Shown: one piece after another, positions 41,577 to 49,106 of the stretch
How the letters are laid out: the number at the start of each line of letters is the position of its first letter
How positions within the stretch are numbered: the stretch's first letter is position 1
IMG/VR virus record: IMGVR_UViG_3300042465_006264
Direction: 5' to 3' (one strand)
DNA length: 64,000 bases
Origin: an uncultured virus (IMG/VR IMGVR_UViG_3300042465_006264)
Taxonomy: Duplodnaviria; Heunggongvirae; Uroviricota; Caudoviricetes
The notes under the pieces: model-generated
Seen by the model: the letters and a program-made list of their open reading frames with translations, nothing else
Databases searched by the model: none
Told to the model about the DNA's origin: nothing
Position numbers and translations under genes: made by a program

Positions 41577-41700
41577 GTTTTTTCTTTAAATCCATGTTTT
41601 CAGCAGCCAGTTTTCCTGCAGCCACAGTAATCTCTCGGTTTACTTTTTGGAGTTCTTGGATTTGTTCTTTGAGTTTCTTGATTTCTTTTTCTTCTCGCAT
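41554..41700 (-). CDS. Small coiled-coil protein (48 aa)
   Basis: MREEKEIKKLKEQIQELQKVNREITVAAGKLAAENMDLKKKL. Confidence 0.55.
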   Translation of the reverse strand: MREEKEIKKLKEQIQELQKVNREITVAAGKLAAENMDLKKKLDKKQRK

Positions 41701-41780
41701 CCAAAAATTTTCTCCCAATTTTCACAGTAAATTTTATAATTTACGGGTCTGTACGAATCACCTTTACCTGCGTTACTCAT
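41640..41780 (-). CDS. Small phage protein of the GKGxxxRPV..NWxxIFG type (46 aa)
   Basis: MSNAGKGDSYRPVNYKIYCENWEKIFG; leaderless after TTGACA-N16-TATTGT. Confidence 0.65.
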   Translation of the reverse strand: MSNAGKGDSYRPVNYKIYCENWEKIFGCEKKKKSRNSKNKSKNSKK

Positions 41781-41828
41781 ACCAATACAATAACTCAGAC
41801 TAAACAAATGTCAAGTATAAATATTTTC

Positions 41829-42650
41829 ATGGACAAGAAAATTAAGAAATACTCATGGATTCACGAACTCAATGCAGCAGCCATGAAGGCCAAACTATTG
41901 AATGAAGCAGAGCAATATGCCAAGCATCATGAATTTTTAATTGAACAACAACAAACTTTAAATGAAGCAACCGAAGAAGGTATGAAAGGTGTTTTAGACT
42001 TCTTTAAAGCTATAGGTGCTGAATTTCCAAAAAATCGTAGAGGAGCTGAAGCACTTCGTGGATTTCAAGGAGTTGGATTGGATCTTCCAGGATTTAAAGG
42101 AAAGGGAGATTTAAATCCTAATAATTCAGATGTTGATGGTGATGGTCAAGGCACCGCAAATGAAGTTGCAACTGATGCTCAAGATTGGGAAGCCGGGGAT
42201 GGAGATACTACAACAGACTATGAAAATTTAGGAATGAGTGGTCCACCAACATTCCCCAATGTTGGTATGACCCCTTCACCATCTGCACCAGTTCCGCCTG
42301 CTAGATTTCCACCTAATATGTCTCCAAATGAAATAACAAGAACAGGAACTGAAGATGCTATTAACAGAGGTATAATTCCTCAAAGAAAAACCAGAAGATT
42401 ACAAGATCTTCAAAATCAAATGGCTGTTGATGCTGCATTGCGTGCCAAAGGCCAAGCACAAAAAGAAGGAAAACTTCCAGCATCCGCAAATCAAGCCGGA
42501 AGAGAAGCAGGAAAACAAGCAGTAAGAGATTTTAAATCAAATTTAGGACTTGAGGCTGCTGCAAGAGAAATTATGTCTCGTAATCCTGCCCAAGGTCCAC
42601 GTCCAACAGAAGATGATTTGCGTAGAATGGGAAGAATTTTAGGCGGATAA
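41829..42650 (+). CDS. Late hypothetical, probably internal virion protein
   Basis: TATAAATA upstream; multiple LNE/LIE sites; DVDGDG motif. Confidence 0.6.
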   Translation: MDKKIKKYSWIHELNAAAMKAKLLNEAEQYAKHHEFLIEQQQTLNEATEEGMKGVLDFFKAIGAEFPKNRRGAEALRGFQGVGLDLPGFKGKGDLNPNNSDVDGDGQGTANEVATDAQDWEAGDGDTTTDYENLGMSGPPTFPNVGMTPSPSAPVPPARFPPNMSPNEITRTGTEDAINRGIIPQRKTRRLQDLQNQMAVDAALRAKGQAQKEGKLPASANQAGREAGKQAVRDFKSNLGLEAAAREIMSRNPAQGPRPTEDDLRRMGRILGG

Positions 42651-42652
42651 AA

Positions 42653-43765
42653 ATGATAAATGAATCAAAAAAATCATTAGAACCATTGCCAAGAGGGGCA
42701 TCATATTTTACCAGTGATCCTAATAAAGAAGCAGCATATAAGGCTGCTGAAGAATTATTATATCAAATCACGTCTAAGGTGCCCGAATCACAAATACAAG
42801 CAACAGCTGAAAATGCTAGAGAAGCACGCAGAAAAGCTGGCTATACTGTAGATGATACTGTAGATAATAATGCTCCTAATAAAAGAATAAGTCCCGTATA
42901 TTGGGTAACTCAAAATGATTTTAAGCAAGCATTTGGTAGAAATTATAACCCAATGAATGAAACAGATCGCCAAGATTTCTTTTCATTGGTAAAGAATGCG
43001 CCGGGAATGAGAAGAAGAACAGATGTTGCTGGTGCAGATTCTGGTGCCCCAATTGCTTCAAGACAAAGACCGGAATTTATTCCAACATTTCAAGATGTCG
43101 ATGGAGTCAAAGTTCCAGAATCTGCCTTGGGTTATACGGCAAAGGAACAAAAAAGAGCAAGAGATTTGGGTTTTAAAAGTATACAAGACTTCAAAGATGC
43201 TGAAAAATATGATGGTTCCTATAGTGACCAACCAAGGCGTCTTATTCAACAAGAGGTAGATAAAAATCTAGCCCTTGATAGGCAAATGAATTTATTGGGA
43301 ATAAGCAGACAACAAATAAAAAAGCCTGGTGTGATGCCTTATTCTGAAAGACAACCAAATCCTTTAGAAAATCAGGATAATTTATTAAAATTTGTTCAAA
43401 CATTTGCACCAGAAACTTTAACACCAGAACAAAAATCAAAATTAAATTTACAACCTAAAACTGACTCAGGTTCAATGCCTTATTCAGAAAGACAAGATAA
43501 TCCATTCGATCAAAGTTTGGTAAATGGAGTACAAACTAGCAATAAAAATGCTGCAGATAAGATTACCGATAAGGTAGGTCAGTTTGTAAATATTGTTCCC
43601 TCATATGAACCAAGATCAGAATCGGAAACTATTTTTGATGCTCTAAGACAAATAGAGAGACAAGACATAGAGAGAGAAATAAATAGAAATCTTAAATCTA
43701 AGAAAAGCCTACCATCTCAAGCAAGAAATTACTTGGATAGAGTTGTCTCAAAAAGAAAAGTTTAA
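42653..43765 (+). CDS. Late hypothetical protein
   Basis: MINE N-terminus; internal repeat MPYSERQxNP x2. Confidence 0.6.
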   Translation: MINESKKSLEPLPRGASYFTSDPNKEAAYKAAEELLYQITSKVPESQIQATAENAREARRKAGYTVDDTVDNNAPNKRISPVYWVTQNDFKQAFGRNYNPMNETDRQDFFSLVKNAPGMRRRTDVAGADSGAPIASRQRPEFIPTFQDVDGVKVPESALGYTAKEQKRARDLGFKSIQDFKDAEKYDGSYSDQPRRLIQQEVDKNLALDRQMNLLGISRQQIKKPGVMPYSERQPNPLENQDNLLKFVQTFAPETLTPEQKSKLNLQPKTDSGSMPYSERQDNPFDQSLVNGVQTSNKNAADKITDKVGQFVNIVPSYEPRSESETIFDALRQIERQDIEREINRNLKSKKSLPSQARNYLDRVVSKRKV

Positions 43766-43995
43766 TTTAAATAAAGAGCGGTATTTCCACCTAAACTAGT
43801 AACCATAAAAGCTTGAACTGGTAAAATATTCATTCCACTTGGAAAATTTAGGTTAAATGAAAATGTATTTCCTTGATCATTTACAAAGTAAAATGAACTA
43901 GTTGCACCACCATTTATTAGAAATCCCTTATGCTTTGGAATTCTATTTGTTGTTGAGGCTATAAATGTATTTCCGGTTTGATATTTGTCGTACAT
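43762..43995 (-). CDS. Small virion-type protein
   Basis: Minus-strand TAAATA upstream; GNT motifs; ILPVQ. Confidence 0.55.
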   Translation of the reverse strand: MYDKYQTGNTFIASTTNRIPKHKGFLINGGATSSFYFVNDQGNTFSFNLNFPSGMNILPVQAFMVTSLGGNTALYLN

Positions 43996-44018
43996 GTTAT
44001 AATTATTTATAAATACTA

Positions 44019-44225
44019 ATGTATACGATGAGACATCTAAAAGAAGGAAATCTATATAATATTGAGGATGAAGTTAAGGATAAAACTGATGCTTCTTTCA
44101 CAGGTATTTCTAGACTTCAAATGGAAATTAGAAAACAAATCATAGATCAACTTCGAAGACAAAATGTTCCAAATATTGAAGAAGTAATAACAAAAACTTT
44201 TGGGCAAACTCTGGATCAAACATGA
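44019..44225 (+). CDS. Small late protein
   Basis: TATAAATA 3 nt before ATG. Confidence 0.55.
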   Translation: MYTMRHLKEGNLYNIEDEVKDKTDASFTGISRLQMEIRKQIIDQLRRQNVPNIEEVITKTFGQTLDQT

Positions 44226-44989
44226 ACAAATCAAACTTTCAACTCCTTTCTGAAGATTTAGAAAAAGAAGTATTAGATTTACAAAAAGAAATTAAAAACA
44301 AAAAGCAATTGCTTGAAAAAGCACCAGATCCTAGTTTTGGAAAAGCAGATTATAGCGCAGATTACAGTGTTCTACAACCAAACATAGGTGGTTTTGCTGG
44401 TTTTGGTGTAGGTGCTGCAGCAAACCCCTCTGCAATCGTAATGAACCCAAATGTTCTTGCAGCAGCAAAGGGAAAAATTTTACCAGATGCAGATCCAAGA
44501 GTTGTAAAATATCAACCTTATTATTCGAATAATCTTGCAACTATGATGGGCTTAGGTGTAGATATGGCTACATTTGCAAGAGCCAAAGAATTTATGAATA
44601 TGTATAGCCCTGTAGATGGTGGCGTTGCAGAAAAAGATGATCCAGAGCAAAGTGTTGCGTTAGATTGGAAAAGATTAAATAATGCTGTTTCTGCTCACAG
44701 CACACAAAGAATTAAAGAAAAATTGTCACAAAACCATTTATTTAATGGAAATGTTTCGGATCCCTATTCCCAAGGTGTTCCAGACACATATCAAAGATTT
44801 GTTGTTGGAAAAAGAGCACAAAAAGCAGTTGAAGATACCGTCACCAACATTTTAGGGAAACCAAGTAAATCAAGAGGAAAAGATGTTACAGGTTATGTGA
44901 GACAACTTTCACAAGGACAAAAGGAAAGAATGGGAAATATGTGGTCTCAAAACCCAGATCAATCAGGAAAAATTAAACTAGGAAGATAA
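44222..44989 (+). CDS. Late hypothetical protein
   Basis: ATGA overlap; LSE/LLE sites in an N-terminal coiled coil. Confidence 0.6.
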   Translation: MNKSNFQLLSEDLEKEVLDLQKEIKNKKQLLEKAPDPSFGKADYSADYSVLQPNIGGFAGFGVGAAANPSAIVMNPNVLAAAKGKILPDADPRVVKYQPYYSNNLATMMGLGVDMATFARAKEFMNMYSPVDGGVAEKDDPEQSVALDWKRLNNAVSAHSTQRIKEKLSQNHLFNGNVSDPYSQGVPDTYQRFVVGKRAQKAVEDTVTNILGKPSKSRGKDVTGYVRQLSQGQKERMGNMWSQNPDQSGKIKLGR

Positions 44990-44991
44990 AA

Positions 44992-46398
44992 ATGAACTAC
45001 CTAACAAATTACTACAAGAACTTATCAGAACAATTACAAGAAAAATTAAATCACTTAGAAAAATATGTAAATTTTTTATCTGAAGATTTGGCATCCGGAA
45101 CTATAGAGCAGGGTGCTGGACCAGGTGCTGGGGTTGGAACAGGGACCACAACAAATCAAAATAACAACTCTAATGATTTAAATGCTTTGCTTCAAGCATG
45201 GGGTTCTTCAAACCCTCAATTTGATTTGAACCGAGACGGTGTAGTTGATGGAGATGATCTTGGATTGTTCTTGGCAAATATGCTTAATAGAGGACAGTCA
45301 TCACCAACTACCATGGCTAGCACTGCATTACCTGGAACACCAGAGACTGAAACTTTTGGTGGTGGTCAAAAAGCAGGTAGAGCCGCTAAAGCATTGGATC
45401 AACCAGGTCTCGCAAGTGGTAAAGTAGGAAGAATGTTTGATGCTGGGGCAGGTGTACCAGTTGGTGAAAAAAAAAATCAAACACCCCAATTAGGACCACC
45501 CAACATCCCGTCTTCAACAGGAACAAAGCAATTCAAAAATAAATTTTCTCCTAATGTATCACAAGTAAATTTAGCAAGTCCATCTCAAACCACATCTCAA
45601 ATAAGTGGTGTTCCAAGAAATGCTCCTGGTTGGAACAACACTTCAATAAATGGAACGTCACTTTATGATGCAGATGGAAATGGAGTTATTGATGGTGATG
45701 ACCTAGCAATGATATTGCAAGGTATACCTTCACCACAGCAAACCCCGCCAAGATTGAATCCAAAAACTCCGTATTCACCAGAAATAAGTCCTTCAACCGC
45801 TAAATTTTCTCCAGCAATACAATCTCCAACACCCGGAAACATTGTCAATGCTAAAGCAAAGGTAATGGCCTCTAATAAAAATAGAGGTGTTTCCCAAGGA
45901 GATGTTGAGGGGCCTAACAGAATGCCTCCAACTATGCGACCAAAAACACAAAGAGGTTTGAGCACTAGAGTTTCTTTGAGTCCGGAACAATATACAAATA
46001 TGGATATTTCACAGGGACGGGGTACTCCCTCAAATAACAATTTTGTTCAACAAGGGGGATCTTCTATTACAGGAGATATTAATGGTGACGGAATAGTTGA
46101 CAGCAATGATTTGGGTGTGCTTTTAGCAAATTGGGGTAGTGGGACACCAGGACCATGGGATATTGACGGGAACGGAATAGTTGACAGTAATGACATGGGT
46201 ATACTATTGGCTAGCTGGGGACAAGGAGCACCTCCACCACCTCCACCACCACCACCACCTCCACCACCACCACCACCAACGGAACCGGCAACAGACACTG
46301 AAACTACAACACAACAAAATACACCTTATTGGATGAGTGGAAGAACAACTGATATCGATACCCTATTCAGGGCTGGTCAACGAAGAAGAAAAAAATAA
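44992..46398 (+). CDS. Dockerin-like (EF-hand) repeat protein with MNYLTNYY leader
   Basis: DLNRDGVVDGDDLGLFLA, DADGNGVIDGDDLAMIL, GDINGDGIVDSNDLGVLLANWG, DIDGNGIVDSNDMGILLASWG; poly-Pro. Confidence 0.8.
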   Translation: MNYLTNYYKNLSEQLQEKLNHLEKYVNFLSEDLASGTIEQGAGPGAGVGTGTTTNQNNNSNDLNALLQAWGSSNPQFDLNRDGVVDGDDLGLFLANMLNRGQSSPTTMASTALPGTPETETFGGGQKAGRAAKALDQPGLASGKVGRMFDAGAGVPVGEKKNQTPQLGPPNIPSSTGTKQFKNKFSPNVSQVNLASPSQTTSQISGVPRNAPGWNNTSINGTSLYDADGNGVIDGDDLAMILQGIPSPQQTPPRLNPKTPYSPEISPSTAKFSPAIQSPTPGNIVNAKAKVMASNKNRGVSQGDVEGPNRMPPTMRPKTQRGLSTRVSLSPEQYTNMDISQGRGTPSNNNFVQQGGSSITGDINGDGIVDSNDLGVLLANWGSGTPGPWDIDGNGIVDSNDMGILLASWGQGAPPPPPPPPPPPPPPPPTEPATDTETTTQQNTPYWMSGRTTDIDTLFRAGQRRRKK

Positions 46399-46403
46399 TT
46401 AAT

Positions 46404-46574
46404 TTATTTTAAAGATTTTAAGAACTCGTCAATTTTATTGACGAGTTCTTCTTTTTCTTTTGTCTTTTTGTTGTACTCTTTTTGACTATCTTGGCCATCA
46501 GTTTCCATACGGCCAAGGCGATACATTACATGGCCATATTCATAGATCATTTCTTCAATGTCTTGTTTCTTCAT
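46404..46574 (-). CDS. Small hypothetical protein
   Basis: MKKQDIEEMIYEYG; ATGA overlap with upstream gene. Confidence 0.55.
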   Translation of the reverse strand: MKKQDIEEMIYEYGHVMYRLGRMETDGQDSQKEYNKKTKEKEELVNKIDEFLKSLK

Positions 46575-46930
46575 TGTCCGTGTTGATCCCGAATTTCCTT
46601 GTTCAAGTAGTATTCTTGACAATCAATATCTTCACGAAGACCACCAATTATAAGTCTGATTTGATCTTCGATAGCATAGACACGCTTACGTGCTTCGCTG
46701 TACATTTCAAATGATTTGGTATCTTTCTTCAACTGTCTTTGGGCGTACATATACCCAGAATACTCTGCATAATAAGAAAGATCCTCAATCAAAATTCGGT
46801 AAGGCTTATTCTTCAACTCCATGTAAAAATTATCATCTTTCTCAAGTGTGATTGGGGAAAGAGAAAATCTATCAAACTCTGAAAGGGGAGTGGTTTCTTC
46901 TGACTTGGTTTTAATTTTCTTTTTAGGCAT
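46571..46930 (-). CDS. Hypothetical protein
   Basis: ORF in a packed minus-strand operon. Confidence 0.6.
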   Translation of the reverse strand: MPKKKIKTKSEETTPLSEFDRFSLSPITLEKDDNFYMELKNKPYRILIEDLSYYAEYSGYMYAQRQLKKDTKSFEMYSEARKRVYAIEDQIRLIIGGLREDIDCQEYYLNKEIRDQHGQ

Positions 46931-46932
46931 TT

Positions 46933-47250
46933 TTATGACTCCATGTTCTTGTAGGTTTCAATATCAATCTTCAATTCAGCATTCTCTTCTTCAAGTTCTT
47001 TGATTCTTGCTTTGAGTGATTCAATTTCTTTGGCCATATTACTTTTTACATGATTAAAATTTGCTATTTGGTCATATGGAGATTTTAAGGATTTGTTTTT
47101 AGGATACTTGCTTTTTTTATCATATGATTCAAAATCTTGATAATAATATGATAAAGCGTCAATTTTATTCTTTGTTGGATCGTGTTCCAAATTTGCATTT
47201 TCAACAATAAAGTTAAGATCTTCAATTGTTAATTCAATTTCTTCATTCAT
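46933..47250 (-). CDS. Hypothetical protein with C-terminal coiled coil
   Basis: MNEEIELTIEDL start, just after a minus-strand TTGACT promoter. Confidence 0.6.
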   Translation of the reverse strand: MNEEIELTIEDLNFIVENANLEHDPTKNKIDALSYYYQDFESYDKKSKYPKNKSLKSPYDQIANFNHVKSNMAKEIESLKARIKELEEENAELKIDIETYKNMES

Positions 47251-47287
47251 GGCAATAATATACTCCATGATTTAGCGAAGTCAAATC

Positions 47288-47315
47288 TTGACTCTAAGTA
47301 TTCTTAGGCTATACT
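47288..47315 (+). promoter_or_regulatory. Promoter TTGACT-N16-TATACT of the tRNA cluster
   Basis: 9 nt upstream of tRNA-Gly. Confidence 0.75.
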
Positions 47316-47324
47316 GTGTTCGTT

Positions 47325-47396
47325 GCGGGTGTAACTCAGTGGTAGAGTGCTAGCCTTCCAAGCTTGCTGTCGAGGGTTCAAGTCCCTTCACCCGCT
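47325..47396 (+). tRNA. tRNA-Gly(TCC)
   Basis: GCGGGTG/CACCCGC acceptor; CTTCCAA anticodon loop; GTTCAAG T-loop. Confidence 0.93.
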
Positions 47397-47411
47397 TTGA
47401 CAATCGAATAT

Positions 47412-47556
47412 GCACGCTGTTCGTTATGACGAACTAGGATGAATGGCTGGCCAGCAGTCATCTGAAAAGAACTGTAGAGAGGTCCAATAACGGGTAAGTG
47501 AAGGCCGTAGCCTTCGCCTCTCCTTCTTCAAATGGGTTTAAGTCCCTCGGCGTGCT
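47412..47556 (+). ncRNA. Unassigned tRNA-like structured RNA (~145 nt)
   Basis: Ends pair (GCACGCTG/CGGCGTGC); T-arm-like GGG-TTTAAGT-CCC; several internal hairpins. Confidence 0.6.
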
Positions 47557-47563
47557 ACAAATT

Positions 47564-47635
47564 GCCACCTTAGCTCAATGGTAGAGCCTTGCTTTTGTAA
47601 AGCAGAGGTTGCGGGTTCGAATCCCACAGGTGGCT
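47564..47635 (+). tRNA. tRNA-Thr(TGT)
   Basis: GCCACCT/AGGTGGC acceptor; TTTGTAA loop. Confidence 0.93.
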
Positions 47636-47638
47636 TTG

Positions 47639-47720
47639 GCGAGTATACTCAAGCGGTCAACGAGGTCTGACTGTAAATCAGATGGCAAAGCCTACGGGAG
47701 TTCGAATCTCTCTGCTCGCA
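47639..47720 (+). tRNA. tRNA-Tyr(GTA)
   Basis: GCGAGTA/TGCTCGC acceptor; TCTGA-CTGTAAA-TCAGA; long variable arm. Confidence 0.93.
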
Positions 47721-47722
47721 TT

Positions 47723-48331
47723 ATGTACGATATCAATATCCCACATTTTTATTGTTTGTTAAGAAAAGAGCATCTTTACCAAAACAAAGATCATTTCTTT
47801 GAATATGAAAAGGTAGCAGTCTTTGGAGCACAATCCAGTGCTGGAAAGGCTTTGTTGTTTACAGTAATGTTGGATAACGGAACAATAAGAAGTAGAGTTC
47901 CAATTCATATGTTATGCAGTAAAGAAGGCCCATCAGATCCATTAGATTACTTGCAACTTTGGGATTGTTTTTCTGAAAATGTTACGGTCACAACTTATAG
48001 TTTTTTAAAGGGTGCCAGAGCAAAAGTTATATTTAAAGATAAAAGTCACTCTTGGGGAAATTATAAAATGACATTTGATTGGTATGATAACCCATACAGC
48101 AACGAACCATCTCAATACAAATGTCTTCACATGATTGAACTGGATAATGGAAATTATGCTCTACAACCAAACAATAGAATATTTTGGAAAGAAATGTCTT
48201 TTACGACCAAGCCATTTCCAGAAAAACCAGATTATAAAGTTGACACACAGGAGTATAGATGCGAGAATAAAAGCGATAGATGGATTATAAGTGATGATGA
48301 CAATTATTATTACGATATAAATCCTACATAA
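47723..48331 (+). CDS. Conserved phage hypothetical protein
   Basis: NIPHFYC..RKEHL, LQLWDCFS, LDNGNYALQPNNRI; true start lies after tRNA-Tyr. Confidence 0.75.
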   Translation: MYDINIPHFYCLLRKEHLYQNKDHFFEYEKVAVFGAQSSAGKALLFTVMLDNGTIRSRVPIHMLCSKEGPSDPLDYLQLWDCFSENVTVTTYSFLKGARAKVIFKDKSHSWGNYKMTFDWYDNPYSNEPSQYKCLHMIELDNGNYALQPNNRIFWKEMSFTTKPFPEKPDYKVDTQEYRCENKSDRWIISDDDNYYYDINPT

Positions 48332-48335
48332 TAAT

Positions 48336-48530
48336 GGTATTGTTGATATCGGATTGAAATGCGTATGACACGGGAGTTCGAATCTCCCCGGATCCACTTT
48401 ACGGGTCCGACAGGCATCGATCAGCGTAGAGTAATGAAGAAGGAGATACCCGACACGGGTAACAAGTGTCGTAAATAAACAGTTGCAACAACAAAAGCCG
48501 CACCAATGCGGATGGCTGCTTAAAGCAGTG
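48336..48530 (+). ncRNA. ssrA: Circularly permuted (two-piece-type) tmRNA; 5' boundary approximate
   Basis: T-arm and 3' acceptor strand (48372-48396) precede 5' strand GGGTCCG (48403-48409); G3:U70 pair; pk1; tag ORF 48485-48523 ending MAA-TAA. Confidence 0.88.
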
Positions 48531-48536
48531 GGGTTT

Positions 48537-48572
48537 CCCGGTTTTCCCGCGACTGAAAAACCGGGTTTTTTA
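48537..48572 (+). terminator. Intrinsic terminator after tmRNA
   Basis: CCCGGTTTT...AAAACCGGG followed by T6. Confidence 0.85.
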
Positions 48573-48589
48573 TTGCCATAAATATCTTT

Positions 48590-49102
48590 ATGCAGCACCC
48601 CAACGAGGGATTTATTAGAAGTTTTTTAGGCAAAGATAAAGCCTACAAAGAACAACTCTTGGCTGAGGAAAAAAAGCAAAGAGTAAATGAATATTTTGCT
48701 CGTAAGAAAAACAAGCAAAATGTTCTTAGAGAAGAAAATAAAAAATCCATAACAAAAACTATTGATGTTGTTTATTCAAATTCAAAAAAACAACCATTAC
48801 TAGAACAAAAAAACACACAAGATTGGCAAACTGTTCAAACACAACATGGTATTTTTTACTACAATGAAAAAACAAAAGAATGGATGAATAATTTTGGAGT
48901 TATAAAGCCATCTCTTAATGATTTCATTAGTATTTTTGATTATAATATAATTAATGATAACTTAAACAAAAAACAAAAGCCACCAGCAACTCCATCCAAT
49001 ATTCAAACTATAACCTCTATCAATGGAATTACTTTGAGTTGGCAAGATAACTCAGATAATGAAATTGAATTCCAAACTTATGGAAGAATAGAATTGATAT
49101 AA
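48590..49102 (+). CDS. Late protein ending in the N-terminal half of an FN3 domain
   Basis: ATAAATA upstream; PPATPSNIQT...ITLSWQDNSDNEIEF. Confidence 0.65.
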   Translation: MQHPNEGFIRSFLGKDKAYKEQLLAEEKKQRVNEYFARKKNKQNVLREENKKSITKTIDVVYSNSKKQPLLEQKNTQDWQTVQTQHGIFYYNEKTKEWMNNFGVIKPSLNDFISIFDYNIINDNLNKKQKPPATPSNIQTITSINGITLSWQDNSDNEIEFQTYGRIELI

Positions 49103-49106
49103 AAAT

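Noticed and set aside
46231..46278. CCA/CCT microsatellite
   Set aside because: Encodes the poly-proline linker; the antisense poly-Gly ORF is a shadow
47412..47556. RNase P RNA, SRP RNA or intron-containing tRNA
   Set aside because: Lacks the GAGGAAAGUCC/P4 elements and the SRP helix-8 motif; no splice reconstruction gave a canonical cloverleaf
47609..47722. N-terminal extension of ORF 47609
   Set aside because: Overlaps tRNA-Thr and tRNA-Tyr; ATG at 47723 is the plausible start. Track ORFs 53200-53565, 54537-54902 and 57046-57543 were trimmed for the same reason
48161..48598. 145-aa minus-strand ORF
   Set aside because: Antisense to the tmRNA and upstream gene; no recognisable motif
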